Origin: an uncultured Spirochaetota bacterium
GTDB lineage: Bacteria; Spirochaetota; Spirochaetia; SZUA-6; Fen-1364
Direction of reading: 5' to 3'
Length of the DNA stretch: 64,000 bases
NCBI GenBank assembly: GCA_963710335.1
Contig: CAVQAA010000010.1
Span: 286,923-350,922, forward strand
The position numbers and the translations under genes were made by a program. Shown here in pieces: positions 19,397 to 29,605 of this stretch. Below the pieces are notes generated by a model. That model was not told the origin of the DNA. It saw only the letters and a program-made list of their open reading frames with translations, and made no database searches. Position 1 is the stretch's first letter; each line of letters starts with the position of its first letter.

Positions 19397-20389
19397 CTAT
19401 GTCACGAAGTGGCAAGCCACCCTGTGACCCGGAGAGATCTCCCTGAGCAGCGGTTTCTCGCTGCGGCAGATATCCTTCTCCCGGGGGCACCTGCCCGCAA
19501 AAGGACACCCAACAGGGGCCCGGGTGGCGTTGAACCGAGTTCCGACAGTCACGCCCCTGTCCGGTGCTTTTGCCCCGAGCCGGGGGATGGCGGAGTAGAG
19601 AAGCTGGGAGTAGGGATGGAGCGGGTTGCCGGCGATGTCGGCAGCCGGAGCCTCTTCCATGAGACTTCCCCCGTACAGGACACCGATGCGATCCGCCATG
19701 TACGAGACAACGGTGAGGTCATGGGCAATGAAGAGGATGCTCAGGCGAAACTCGTTCTTCAGGTCCACCAGGAGATTCAGGATCTGTCCCTGGATGGAAA
19801 CGTCCAGGGCGCTTACCACTTCGTCGCAGATCAGCGCTTTCGGATGGCTGAAGAGCGCTCGCGCAAGGGAGATGCGCTGGCGCTGGCCGCCGGAGAACTC
19901 CGAGGGCCTCCTTTCGAGGTCTTCCGCCCTCAACCCGACTGCCTCCATCACTTCCCGCGCCCGCTCGGCAAGCTGCCGGGGTCCCGCAGAACGTTCGGCA
20001 TACCTTGTCCCGGCCGTCAGGATCCGAAGCACGTCCATCCTGGGGTCCAGGGACGATGAAGGATCCTGGAATACATATTTGACATCAGAGCGGAACCTGT
20101 GGAGCAACCGCGGATCCCTCGAGCTGATCTCCCACTGTTCGCTGTCCGTGAAGTACAGGATTTTTCCCGAGGTATGGGGGAAAAGCTGCACCAGCGCTTT
20201 TGCGAAGGTCGTCTTTCCGGAGCCGGACTCCCCCACCAACCCGTACGTCTCCCCCCTGCGGATGTCGATGCTGACTCCGTTCACGGCCCAGACCCACCGG
20301 CTTGCCGAGGCAAAAAGGCCGGCGTCGAGCTTGTACACCTTCGTCAGGTCGTTTACGCGGATGATGGCGTCAGTGGTTTCAGCGCTCAC
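19397..20389 (-). CDS. oppF: Oligopeptide/dipeptide ABC transporter ATPase (OppF-like)
   Basis: GESGSGKT, FSGGQRQR, ICDEVVSALD, GCPFAGRCP..C..HRVACH. Confidence 0.92.
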   Translation of the reverse strand: MSAETTDAIIRVNDLTKVYKLDAGLFASASRWVWAVNGVSIDIRRGETYGLVGESGSGKTTFAKALVQLFPHTSGKILYFTDSEQWEISSRDPRLLHRFRSDVKYVFQDPSSSLDPRMDVLRILTAGTRYAERSAGPRQLAERAREVMEAVGLRAEDLERRPSEFSGGQRQRISLARALFSHPKALICDEVVSALDVSIQGQILNLLVDLKNEFRLSILFIAHDLTVVSYMADRIGVLYGGSLMEEAPAADIAGNPLHPYSQLLYSAIPRLGAKAPDRGVTVGTRFNATRAPVGCPFAGRCPREKDICRSEKPLLREISPGHRVACHFVT

Positions 20390-21378
20390 GTCTTTACTCC
20401 GGGGAAGATGCAGCGGTAGGTTCCAGTTCCCCCCGGCTCTTCACCCGTGCTTGCAAGGGGCGGAATGGCCAGGCGGCAGCGGTCCGTGACGAGCGGGCAG
20501 CGCGGCGCGAACGGGCACCCCGGCTCGTGGCGCGTGGGATCGGGAACGGATCCCTGGATGGATCGGAGCTTTTCGAGCTTATAGTGGCTCCCCCACGCCG
20601 GCAGCGCGTCAAGGAGCGCGCGCGTGTACGGGCTTCGAGGCTGGGAGAGCACGGCTCCCGCCGGCCCTTCTTCCAGGACAAGTCCGGCATACATGACGGC
20701 AATCCGGTCCGCAATCTGCCCCACCAGGGCAAGGTTGTGCGAGATGAATACCAGGGAAAGCCGGCGCCGCGCGCGCAGCTCGTCCAGCACCCCGATGATC
20801 TCCGCCTGGATCGTGACGTCCAGCGCGGTGGTGGGCTCGTCAGCTATCAGGAGCTCGGGATCGTTGGCCAGGGCCAGGGCAATCATGATCCGTTGAAGCA
20901 TCCCGCCGGAGAACTGGTGCGGAAAGCCTCTGAGGCGTTCCTCGGGCCGGGAGATGTGGACTTCCGTCAGCAATTGCACCGCCCTGCTCCTGCATTCCGC
21001 GGAGCTCAGGGAAGGGTTTTTTACCCGCAGCGTTTCCTGGAAGGTCCTGCCAATGTTGCAAATCGGATCAAAGGATCGGCTCGGCTCCTGGAAGATCATC
21101 GAGGCGACGGTCCCGCGCATGGCGCGAAGCTCCTCGGGCGCGAGGTGCCGCACGTCTTTTCCGTTGAGCAGGATGTGCCCATCCATCCGGGCGTCCCGGC
21201 CCAGGAGCCCCAGGGCTGCCAGGGCGCTCACGCTCTTGCCTGATCCCGACTCCCCGACGATCCCCAGGCACTCCCCGCGGCGAAGCGCGAGATCCACCCC
21301 GCGCACGGCCTGCAACGGGCCGCTTGCGGCCGGAAAATCCACCGTCAGGCCGCGCACGTCCAACACTGTCTCAGCCAC
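20386..21378 (-). CDS. oppD: Oligopeptide/dipeptide ABC transporter ATPase (OppD-like)
   Basis: GTG 21378. GESGSGKS, PHQFSGGMLQR, ADEPTTALDVTIQA. Confidence 0.92.
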   Translation of the reverse strand: MAETVLDVRGLTVDFPAASGPLQAVRGVDLALRRGECLGIVGESGSGKSVSALAALGLLGRDARMDGHILLNGKDVRHLAPEELRAMRGTVASMIFQEPSRSFDPICNIGRTFQETLRVKNPSLSSAECRSRAVQLLTEVHISRPEERLRGFPHQFSGGMLQRIMIALALANDPELLIADEPTTALDVTIQAEIIGVLDELRARRRLSLVFISHNLALVGQIADRIAVMYAGLVLEEGPAGAVLSQPRSPYTRALLDALPAWGSHYKLEKLRSIQGSVPDPTRHEPGCPFAPRCPLVTDRCRLAIPPLASTGEEPGGTGTYRCIFPGVKT

Positions 21379-22453
21379 GGCGGGTCTCCCTCCAGTTCGG
21401 GTCCGCGACGTCCCGGAGGAGCTCCCCCAGGAAATTGAACGCAAGGGCGATGATGATGAGGAACACGCCCGGGGTGAAGAGCCAGGGGAACTGGACGAGG
21501 TTCGTGATGGTGGTGGCATCCCGGCTGATCATGCTGCCCCAGCTGACCGCAGGGTCCACGATTCCCAGCCCGAGATAGGAGAGCGCGGTCTCTCCCAGGA
21601 TGAACCCGGGGATGCCGAGCGTGACGCTGATGATGAGGATGGAAGACATCTGCGGGATGATGTGCCGGAACAGGATGGCCCGCGCGGGCATGGACTCCAG
21701 CTCAGCGTTTGCCACGAAATCATTTCGCTTGATGGCGTGGACCATTCCCCGGATCATTCGAGCCGTTCCCGGCCAACCCACCGCGGAAAGGATCACGGTG
21801 ATGATTGCGTAGGACTGGCCTGTGTTCAGGTTGTTGCTCATGATGGAGCGGAGGAAGAGGATCAGGTACAGGCCGGGAATCAGGATGATGAACTCGGCAA
21901 GCCGCATGACAATCCAGTCCCAGAGCCCTCCGAAGTAGCCTGCCAACCCGCCCAGGAACAACGCGATGAAGAGCGACACTGCAACTGCCACGAACCCGAT
22001 GGTCAGGGAGATGCGGGAACCATACAGAAGCCTGCTGAAGATGTCCCTGCCCAGGTTGTCCGTGCCGAAGAGGAAGACCGGCTCAGCCCCTCCTGCCGGG
22101 TCCGCATACCTGCTGGTGCCGAACAGGTGATGCCGGAAGGGGATGATCCCCCAGAGCTTCTCCTGCGGGCCCACCGCAAAGAGAGTGACGGGCGTGTAGT
22201 GGCCTTCCAGGCCCGCGTACTCCCGGGTGAAGTCGTTGATCAGCACGAGGGTCTGCACCTGGGGTCGGAAGCCCAGGGTGGGCGAATACAGGAGGAGGGA
22301 AGGGGGCTGATCCGAATGGTTTGCAAACTGGTCGTTGGGTCCGTAAGGCGCCAGGAACTCTGCGAAGATCATGCCGAGGTAGAGGATGGCAAGGACGATG
22401 ATGGAGATGAGTGCGATCGGCCTTCTTCGCATTGCGCCCCAGAATCTCTTCAT
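21371..22453 (-). CDS. oppC: Peptide ABC transporter permease (OppC-like)
   Basis: FGTDNLGRDIFSRLLYGSRISL, ETALSYLGLGI..SWG. Confidence 0.92.
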   Translation of the reverse strand: MKRFWGAMRRRPIALISIIVLAILYLGMIFAEFLAPYGPNDQFANHSDQPPSLLLYSPTLGFRPQVQTLVLINDFTREYAGLEGHYTPVTLFAVGPQEKLWGIIPFRHHLFGTSRYADPAGGAEPVFLFGTDNLGRDIFSRLLYGSRISLTIGFVAVAVSLFIALFLGGLAGYFGGLWDWIVMRLAEFIILIPGLYLILFLRSIMSNNLNTGQSYAIITVILSAVGWPGTARMIRGMVHAIKRNDFVANAELESMPARAILFRHIIPQMSSILIISVTLGIPGFILGETALSYLGLGIVDPAVSWGSMISRDATTITNLVQFPWLFTPGVFLIIIALAFNFLGELLRDVADPNWRETRRG

Positions 22454-23532
22454 GCGCGAGAGTACCTGATCCGCGGGTCCACGAGCGCCAGGGCCACATC
22501 GGAGAGCAGCATCCCTACCAGGATGAGGAAGCTGATGAACATGATGTTTGTCATGACCAGATTGATGTCTTTCTGCATGACGGCTTCGTACATGAGCCGG
22601 CCGATCCCTGGATAGGAAAAGATGATTTCCAGGATCAGGGACCCGGAAAAAAGATCCGCAAGGAGGTTGGAGGAGCTGGTGATGAACGGGTTCATCGTGT
22701 TGCGAAAGGCATGGTTGAAGAGGATCCTGCGCTCGGAGATCCCGCGCGAACGCAGCGCCGTGATATAGGGCTGGCCCAGCTGGTCCAGCATCGTTGCGCG
22801 TATCAATCGGAGCGAGCCGCCGATTCCGCCCAGGAACGCCCCAATGAGCGGAAGGATGATGTGGTAGACGTAGGAGAAGGTGAATCCCAGCGGGTTGCCG
22901 TCGAAAGCCTCCGTCGGGTAGGCGGTCACAGGGAAGATCCCCGTTGTCGCGGCGAACATCTGGAGGAGGATGAGGAGGAGGATCCCGGGGAACGCGTTGA
23001 GGAACAGGCTGACGAACGCCACCACCGGGTCGATCCGCGATCCTGCCTTTGACGAAAAATAGATCCCAAGGGCGAACGAGATGATGGTGAGGAAAACCAG
23101 CTCAATGAGGTTGAGGATGATCGAGTTCAGCATCCGCGTGCCCACGAGGTAGAGCACGGGCGCCCGGGAGATGAGCGACGTGCCCAGGTCGTGCTCCACG
23201 AACACCTGGTGGAGCCAGTGCACGTATTGCACGTAAAAAGGCCTGTCCAGCCACAGGCGGTGCTTCGCTTCTGCAATCTGCGCTTCGGTCAGGGTGTTCG
23301 TGTTCGACTGGAAGCCACGGGTCTGGAGGATCTGGCTCCGCGCATAATTGTCCACGATGTCCCCCGGGGAGAGCGACATCAAGCCGAACACGCCCAGCCC
23401 CAGGAGGAACAGCATCAACACCATGGTGGTGAACCGACCTGCCAGGAACGTGGCAAGGGGATGCCGCTGGCGGAGCCTGGCAATGCTGAGCGGGGAGTGC
23501 GCGCGCGCGGTGCCGGCTCCGAGTGAGCTCAT
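22450..23532 (-). CDS. oppB: Peptide ABC transporter permease (OppB-like)
   Basis: SPGD, DLGTSL, HAFRN, EIIFSYPGIG, LVDPRIRY. Confidence 0.92.
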   Translation of the reverse strand: MSSLGAGTARAHSPLSIARLRQRHPLATFLAGRFTTMVLMLFLLGLGVFGLMSLSPGDIVDNYARSQILQTRGFQSNTNTLTEAQIAEAKHRLWLDRPFYVQYVHWLHQVFVEHDLGTSLISRAPVLYLVGTRMLNSIILNLIELVFLTIISFALGIYFSSKAGSRIDPVVAFVSLFLNAFPGILLLILLQMFAATTGIFPVTAYPTEAFDGNPLGFTFSYVYHIILPLIGAFLGGIGGSLRLIRATMLDQLGQPYITALRSRGISERRILFNHAFRNTMNPFITSSSNLLADLFSGSLILEIIFSYPGIGRLMYEAVMQKDINLVMTNIMFISFLILVGMLLSDVALALVDPRIRYSRA

Positions 23533-25361
23533 TGGGCCTTCAGGTAGACGTAGTTGAAGTCAGGCGCCCCAAGGGAGTCAGAGCGGACATTCCCCCACTT
23601 GTCGCGATACGCCCCAAAAGATACGGGGTAGACCGTGTACATGACGGGCACCTGGTCCAGGAGGATCCGCTGGTACTGGTCCCAGATCTTTTTGGCTTTC
23701 ACGGGGTCAAGTTCCGAGAAGCCCTGCCAGTATAGCTCGTCGACTTTGGCTTCCCAAGCCGTTGCGGGCTTGGGTTGAAGGGGATTCCATAAGTGAAGTG
23801 GCCCTATGGAGAGCCAGACGTTTGGACCTTCAAGGGGGAAGAAGTTGGAGCCCACAGAGATCATGACTGACTGCCAGTCGTACGCCTTGGTCAGGCTGTC
23901 CACAAGCTTCTGGAACTGGACCGGCTTCACGTTGAGCTTGATGCCGACTTTTTTCAGCTCATCCGCGTAAATGGTGGCGATGTCGATGCTCAGGTTTGTT
24001 TCTATGGGGACAGTCAAATCGTATTCTATTGGATGCCCCTCCGCATCCTGCATGAGACCCGAGGCATTCGGCTTGATCCCGATCTGCGCCAGGAGCTGCT
24101 TCCCGCGCTCGGGGTCGTAGGTGAACTGCTGCCTGATGGACGGATCGTAATAGGGATTCGGTTTTGCAAAGAAAGAGAGCTTGGGCTCGGCCAGTCCACG
24201 ATAGACCTCCTTGACCACCCTGTCCCGGTTGAAGAAGCAGCTCATGGCCTGGCGGAATGTGGTGTTGGAGAACCACTTCACATAGATCGGCTTCAGGTTC
24301 CTCGGGTTCTGGTTCCACGAGATGAATGAGGCGCCGAGGGAGGGACCGTTGTAATATACGGAGTAGTCCCGCGGGTTCTTCGTCACCATCTCGTCAAGGT
24401 CCTCAGGCCGCAGGTTGTAGCCGTCAAGCTCCCCGGCAAGGAACTTCAGCTTCTCCGTCTCCTGGTTGGGGACGATTTTCGTCTCGAATCTCTCGATATA
24501 GGGGATTTTCTGGCCGTAGTCGTCGGTCTTGAAGTAGTTCGGGTTGCGGACCAGGGTGACCTGGACGCCGGGCTTGTTCGACTCTATGTAGTAGGGCCCC
24601 ATGGAAGGTATGGTCCGTGGGTCTGTATTGATGGTCCAGAGGTTGAGAACCCCCTCCACGCCCTTCTCCTTTTTGACGGGTTCGAAAACATAACGCGGTC
24701 CGAAGTTCATGTTGCTGAAGTACTCGGGCATTGCGCAGATCCGGGGATAGTGCAGCACGAAACGTCTATCATCGATCTTTTCAATGTCGATGTGTTTTTT
24801 TTTGCCGTCAGGCATCAGTATGAATTGTCCCGCGTACCCCGAATGCTGGAATGCGGGGTCTCCCACGATCTTGTCGTACCAGAACACCACGTCATCCGAA
24901 GTCACCTTGACCCTGGTCTTCGGGTCCGCAAGCGTAGTCCAGTACAGGTCGTCGCGCAGCGTGAACGTGACATCCATGGTGCCCGCGGCATCTTTCACGG
25001 AGACCTGGTAGGAGGAAGCGACGAGGGGCTTCCATTGCTTCTTGTACGCGTCGTAGTCCAGAAGATAGCTGGAGAGGTTGTCGACAATTCCCGCGCTTTC
25101 GGCATCATAGACGGCAACCACGGGGTTGAATGTCTTCAAGTCATTGTTGAGGTTGTTTCGCCACGTCCCGCCTGGTTTGCCCTTCTCATAGGGAGCGACG
25201 CTCCCCGGCTGGTAGACGGTCTTCTTTAGGAGGTTGTCCTCCTGCTGTTTCTTCTGGAAATTGAGCTGGTCTTCCGAGATCTGCTTGACCCCGGGACCAC
25301 AGGCGGCAAGGAAAGCCAGGGCCGCCGACACTACAAACAGATGGAGCGGCAGTCTTTTCAA
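23529..25361 (-). CDS. oppA: Family 5 ABC substrate-binding lipoprotein (OppA-like)
   Basis: TTG 25361 after SD AGGAG. Lipobox AFLAAC, KTFNP, FTLRDDLYW, GPY, RNPNYF, FRQAM. Confidence 0.9.
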   Translation of the reverse strand: MKRLPLHLFVVSAALAFLAACGPGVKQISEDQLNFQKKQQEDNLLKKTVYQPGSVAPYEKGKPGGTWRNNLNNDLKTFNPVVAVYDAESAGIVDNLSSYLLDYDAYKKQWKPLVASSYQVSVKDAAGTMDVTFTLRDDLYWTTLADPKTRVKVTSDDVVFWYDKIVGDPAFQHSGYAGQFILMPDGKKKHIDIEKIDDRRFVLHYPRICAMPEYFSNMNFGPRYVFEPVKKEKGVEGVLNLWTINTDPRTIPSMGPYYIESNKPGVQVTLVRNPNYFKTDDYGQKIPYIERFETKIVPNQETEKLKFLAGELDGYNLRPEDLDEMVTKNPRDYSVYYNGPSLGASFISWNQNPRNLKPIYVKWFSNTTFRQAMSCFFNRDRVVKEVYRGLAEPKLSFFAKPNPYYDPSIRQQFTYDPERGKQLLAQIGIKPNASGLMQDAEGHPIEYDLTVPIETNLSIDIATIYADELKKVGIKLNVKPVQFQKLVDSLTKAYDWQSVMISVGSNFFPLEGPNVWLSIGPLHLWNPLQPKPATAWEAKVDELYWQGFSELDPVKAKKIWDQYQRILLDQVPVMYTVYPVSFGAYRDKWGNVRSDSLGAPDFNYVYLKAQ

Positions 25362-25444
25362 TTCTCGCACTCCTGTCTCTGAGCGTTTCCGCGCATGGCG
25401 CTTTCCGCCATGCGGTCCACTATATGATACAAAAGACAGGCACT

Positions 25445-26071
25445 TCAATGGAACGCGGCTGGAATGGGAAAGAAATGCTCGATCAGGGAGTCGATGTATG
25501 CCGCCCGCCCTTCCGAGCGGGAAAGGTCCACGCCGACGGCGTTCCTGAAAAGCTGCGGCAGGACCCCCGGCAGAAGGACAGCCGACACCATCTGCACCAC
25601 CTCGCTCCCGACTTCACGCACGCTCCTGTCAGGAAAGAGCACGGCCATTTCCCGGCTCACGGATGCCAGGAACCTCGCGAATCTGCGGAGGAATGGCGTG
25701 CGGGACGCGCCATTTGCGAAAGTGTCGTAAAGGTGCGCCTTGACGATGCCGGGGAACTTGAGCGACCCTTCGATCACCTCAATGAGAATGGAGCGGATCC
25801 GGGAGCGAAGATCACCGGTCCGCTCTTTGAGAAGCGCTTCCCAATCTCCGAATGCGTTTTCCAGCGTCACCGCCAGCGCCTCGGCCATGAGGGCGTCCTT
25901 GGACCTGAAGTAATAGCTGATGGCGGCGCTGTTCACGCCCGCCACCCCGGCAATGCTTCGGATGGTCACACCGTTCAGGCCGTCACGCTCGATGCAGGTG
26001 ATTGCCGCCTCGACGATCCGTTTCTGGACATCGCGGCTTGCGGGCTCTTTGTGTTCTTGCGCCTTCGTCAC
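25445..26071 (-). CDS. TetR/AcrR-family regulator
   Basis: RIVEAA..GVTIRSIAGVAGVNSAAISYYFRSKDAL HTH. GTG 26071 is the likely start. Confidence 0.9.
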   Translation of the reverse strand: MTKAQEHKEPASRDVQKRIVEAAITCIERDGLNGVTIRSIAGVAGVNSAAISYYFRSKDALMAEALAVTLENAFGDWEALLKERTGDLRSRIRSILIEVIEGSLKFPGIVKAHLYDTFANGASRTPFLRRFARFLASVSREMAVLFPDRSVREVGSEVVQMVSAVLLPGVLPQLFRNAVGVDLSRSEGRAAYIDSLIEHFFPIPAAFH

Positions 26072-26084
26072 ACACCGGATTGAA

Positions 26085-26981
26085 TCACATGGTTGAGACC
26101 TCTGCAACGGAAACCCCCGCGCCCTGGTGTGCGGACGCGCCGGATGCCTCAAGGTGATTTTCCATTCGCTGGGCCGCCTTCTGCCACCGGCCTCCGACCA
26201 GGCGAACGACGAGCCACCGGGGGGCAATGGCGCTTATCCGCCTGGCCAGCCGGTTGACCAGTCCGGGGATGATGATATCCCGGCCCCGAAGAGCCTGCCG
26301 CACTGCCAGGGCAGCCACGTTCTCCGGGTACCACGTCGTGATCCTTCCGAAAAATCCCTGCGCCTCGACCTGGTCCGCGCTGTCCCTGTTGGTCACCATT
26401 CCCGCCGGACAAAGCGCGCTCACCGAGACTCCCGTTCCGGCCAGCTCGTGCCGTATGGCGAGGGAAAAGTTGAGGATGAAGGACTTTGTCGCCGCATAGA
26501 CTGCCATGGACGGCATGGGATAGAAAGCAGCGAGGCTTGCAACGTTGATGATGGTGGCGCGCGCGCGGCGCCTCAGCTCGGGGAGGAGCAGGTAGGTGAG
26601 CTGCATGAGGGCCTGCACGTTCACATCGACAATCTCTGCAAGCCTTGCAAGAGGAGAGCCCTCGAACAGGGTGCAGCTTCCGGTGCCTGCATTGTTGATG
26701 AGCACGTCCACCTGGATGCCCCGGTTTCTGATCCACTCGATGAGCCTCTCCCGCGCCTCTCTGTCCGCCACATCCATGGGCAGGGAGTGCACCTCTATGC
26801 GGTAGACGCGCGCAAGCCTTTCCCCCGCCACTTGGACGCCGCTTTCGGGGAGATCCACCAGGACGAGGCTCCAGCCCCTTCGTGCCGCCTCCAGGGCGAA
26901 CGCGCTTCCCAGCCCGCCCGCCGCTCCCGTAATGAGAGCGCACCGCTTTTTTCCAGTCTTCATTGTTTTCTGCTCCTGCAT
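26085..26981 (-). CDS. Short-chain dehydrogenase/reductase (classical)
   Basis: TGAAGGLG, NNAG, NVAS, YAATK. Confidence 0.92.
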   Translation of the reverse strand: MQEQKTMKTGKKRCALITGAAGGLGSAFALEAARRGWSLVLVDLPESGVQVAGERLARVYRIEVHSLPMDVADREARERLIEWIRNRGIQVDVLINNAGTGSCTLFEGSPLARLAEIVDVNVQALMQLTYLLLPELRRRARATIINVASLAAFYPMPSMAVYAATKSFILNFSLAIRHELAGTGVSVSALCPAGMVTNRDSADQVEAQGFFGRITTWYPENVAALAVRQALRGRDIIIPGLVNRLARRISAIAPRWLVVRLVGGRWQKAAQRMENHLEASGASAHQGAGVSVAEVSTM

Positions 26982-27061
26982 GGGAATGTTTTCATGGCGG
27001 CGCCTGCCCGGCGGCCGCGCATCCTTTTCGACGACGCGGCGCCGGAAAACCCTTCAAGTAG

Positions 27062-27117
27062 TTTAATCATTATGATTAAATCAAATGATTGACAAGACGC
27101 AGGCCGGGTTGTATGCT
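27062..27117. promoter_or_regulatory. Palindromic operator overlapping a sigma70 promoter between divergent SDR genes
   Basis: Perfect TTTAATCAT-T-ATGATTAAA (27062-27080), second site AATCAAATGATT (27079-27090), TTGACA-N17-TATGCT (27089-27117). Confidence 0.75.
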
Positions 27118-27146
27118 CATTTCGTTCGCGGAAAGGAGGTCGAGGA

Positions 27147-28017
27147 ATGAGCAAGAGAGAAGGAATGGACGGGGCAGGCCGCGGAGTTCTTGTCACTGGC
27201 TGCTCTTCGGGCATTGGCCAGGCAACGGCGCTTGGCCTGGCTGAAAACGGTTTTACAGTGTTTGCCACGGTCCGTCGGGGAGTCGACTATGAGAGTCTGA
27301 TGTCGCGGGGAAACCCGGGACTTGTTCCGATTTTTCCCGTGGATCTGCGCAATCTGGAGCACATTCGGGCTTTGGCTTCGAAAGTCGAAAAGGAGCTGGC
27401 ATCACGAGGGCAGGCCGGGCTGTACGCCATCGTAAACAATGCCGGGGCGGGCTCCGTGGCCCCGCTGGAGCTCCTGGACCTTGAGGCGTTTCGCGGGGAG
27501 CTGGAAGCGCGGCTTCTGGGACCCGGTCGCACTTGCCCAGGCCCTGCTTCCCTCCCTGCGCCGGGGGCACGGCAGGCTTCTGTGGATCGCCACGCCGGCA
27601 CTCATCCCGATCCCTTTTGTCGCAAGCATCCACGCGTGTGATTTTGCCGCAAACTGCCTGACCCGCACGTTCGCCCTCGAGCTTGCCCCATGGGGGATCC
27701 CCAGCGTCTTCGTGCGCTGCGGCGGCATCCAGACCGCGGCGCCGGACAAGAACGCACGCCAGCTGGAAAGCGAGCAGGCGGGCTGGCCGGAAGATCGCAG
27801 GGCCCTCTACCAGGACGCGCTGGGGAAAGAGAAACGGGAGCTGGAGGCTTTCGACCTGAAGCGAAGCGAACCCTCGATCATTGCAGGCAAGGTCCTGGAG
27901 GCCCTGCTTTGCCAGAAGCCCAGGCGCGTCTACCGCGCCGGGTACATGTCAGGGGCGGGGGCCATCCTGGACCTGATGCCGCAGCCGCTTGTGGATTGGA
28001 TCATGTCCCGCCGCTGA
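27147..28017 (+). CDS. SDR-family protein with an atypical active site, split by a +1 frameshift near 27523
   Basis: Frame 1: TGCSSGIG, NNAG, APLE..LLGP. Frame 2 continues VALAQALLPSLRRGHGR..ELAPWGI. Confidence 0.8.
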
Positions 28018-28022
28018 TCCCG

Positions 28023-28967
28023 TCATTCATTTGCGAACGGCGTGTCGGTTGCAGGCAGCCGCGACAGGTCGTACGGCGTGGACTGGTAGACGTAGTAGTT
28101 GAGCCAGTTCGCGTACAAGAGATGGGCGTGAGAGCGCCACGTGACCAGCGGCTCGCGCTTCGGATCGTTGTCAGGAAAGTAATTCGCGGGAACTGCAATC
28201 GGCAGGCCCTTTGCGACGTCGCGGTCGTACTCCGCCTTGAGCGTGTGCCTGTCGTACTCCGGGTGGCCTGTGACGAACAGCATGCGGCCGTCCCGCGAGC
28301 AGGTCATGTACACCCCAGCCTCCTCGGAGATGGCCAGGAGCTTCAGGTCTTTCACGGCCTCGATGTCTTTTCTCCGCACCTCCGTGTGCCGGGAATGGGG
28401 CGCAAGAAAGCCTTCATCGAAGCCTCGCACGATCGGCTCGCTCGGCTCGAGGACCTCGTGGTGGAAAAGGCCGAACATCTTGGCCGGCAGGGGGTATTTC
28501 GGGACGCCGAAATGTCGATACATTCCCGCCTGGGCGCCCCAGCAGATGTGAAGCGTGGACCACACGCTTGTCCTGCTCCAGTCCATCAGGCGGACGAGCT
28601 CGTCCCAGTAGTCCACCTCCTCGAAGGGGAGCGTTTCCACGGGCGCTCCCGTGATCACCAGGCCGTCAAAGCGCTCACGCAGGACCCGGTCGAGGGGCTC
28701 GTAGAATGCGGCAAGGTGCTCCGGGGGCGTGTTCTTCGATTCATGGGTTTCCATCCGGATGAACGTGATGTCCACCTGAAGCGGCGTGTTGCCCAGCAAC
28801 CGAAGGATTTGTGTCTCGGTAACGATTTTCGTGGGCATCAGGTTGAGAACGGCAATGCGCAGCGGGCGGATGTCCTGATGGAGCGCCCTGTCCTTTGTCA
28901 TGACAAAGATGTTTTCCTGGGCGAGGGTTTTCCTGGCAGGCAGGTCATCCGGGATTCTTACTGGCAT
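28023..28967 (-). CDS. metA: Homoserine O-acyltransferase (MetA family, predicted acetyl-specific)
   Basis: [39 protein letters not shown]. Confidence 0.95.
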   Translation of the reverse strand: MPVRIPDDLPARKTLAQENIFVMTKDRALHQDIRPLRIAVLNLMPTKIVTETQILRLLGNTPLQVDITFIRMETHESKNTPPEHLAAFYEPLDRVLRERFDGLVITGAPVETLPFEEVDYWDELVRLMDWSRTSVWSTLHICWGAQAGMYRHFGVPKYPLPAKMFGLFHHEVLEPSEPIVRGFDEGFLAPHSRHTEVRRKDIEAVKDLKLLAISEEAGVYMTCSRDGRMLFVTGHPEYDRHTLKAEYDRDVAKGLPIAVPANYFPDNDPKREPLVTWRSHAHLLYANWLNYYVYQSTPYDLSRLPATDTPFANE

Positions 28968-29037
28968 GCTGGCTCTCCTGTTCTCCGACTGGACCTATTC
29001 ATAGCGCCTAAGCGGCGCTGGTGGCAACCGGTTCACA

Positions 29038-29073
29038 AATAGACTACCATGATGATCGAATTGGTAGTATATT
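29038..29073. promoter_or_regulatory. Putative Rrf2 operator 1 (ACTAC-N16-GTAGT) between metA and DUF4395
   Basis: AT-rich inverted repeat, core 29043-29068. Closely matches the site upstream of metY. Confidence 0.65.
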
Positions 29074-29125
29074 GAGGGTGTGGCTCGACAGTCAAGAACT
29101 GAAGAGTCAAGCAGAGGAGAGAAAA

Positions 29126-29605
29126 ATGCCGGACGGGCTCGGGAAAGTCGACCATTCTTCGCTGAGGGTGAACCAGGCTGCAATCATCGTGCTTCTCCTG
29201 GTTGCCTTCATTGCCAGCGTCCCCTGGCTGGTAGCCGTCGTAGCAGTCGTGATGCTGGCCGGCTCGGCCGCGGGACGCCCCGGGTTCTTTTTCATCTATA
29301 CATGGCTGCTTCGCCCCGCGGGCCTGGTCAAGCCGGATTTGCTTGCAGATAACCCTGAGCCTCACAGGTTCGCGCAGGGCTTCGGAGGCGTTGTTGCGGC
29401 CGTGGCCGCGCTGAGCGCTCTGCTGGGAGCAGCGGTTTTCGGATGGGTCCTTGCCTGGCTGGTGATCGCGCTCGCCGCGCTGAACCTCTTTGCCGGCTTC
29501 TGCGCGGGCTGCGCCGTTTACTACTGGCTTCATCGACTGCAGGTGCCTGGCTTCTCGAAGAACCCGCCCTCGGGTGTGGTTCCCGGAATGAGGCCGCGAG
29601 CATGA
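29126..29605 (+). CDS. DUF4395-family membrane protein
   Basis: VD..LRVNQ, PHRFAQGFG, LAALNLFAGFCAGC. SD GAGGAG. Confidence 0.85.
   Translation: MPDGLGKVDHSSLRVNQAAIIVLLLVAFIASVPWLVAVVAVVMLAGSAAGRPGFFFIYTWLLRPAGLVKPDLLADNPEPHRFAQGFGGVVAAVAALSALLGAAVFGWVLAWLVIALAALNLFAGFCAGCAVYYWLHRLQVPGFSKNPPSGVVPGMRPRA

Noticed and set aside
25362-25448. N-terminal extensions given by the ORF track for oppA (likewise copA, leuB, tetR, oppD and GDH)
   Set aside because: Downstream starts fit SD or promoter positions and family N-termini better.
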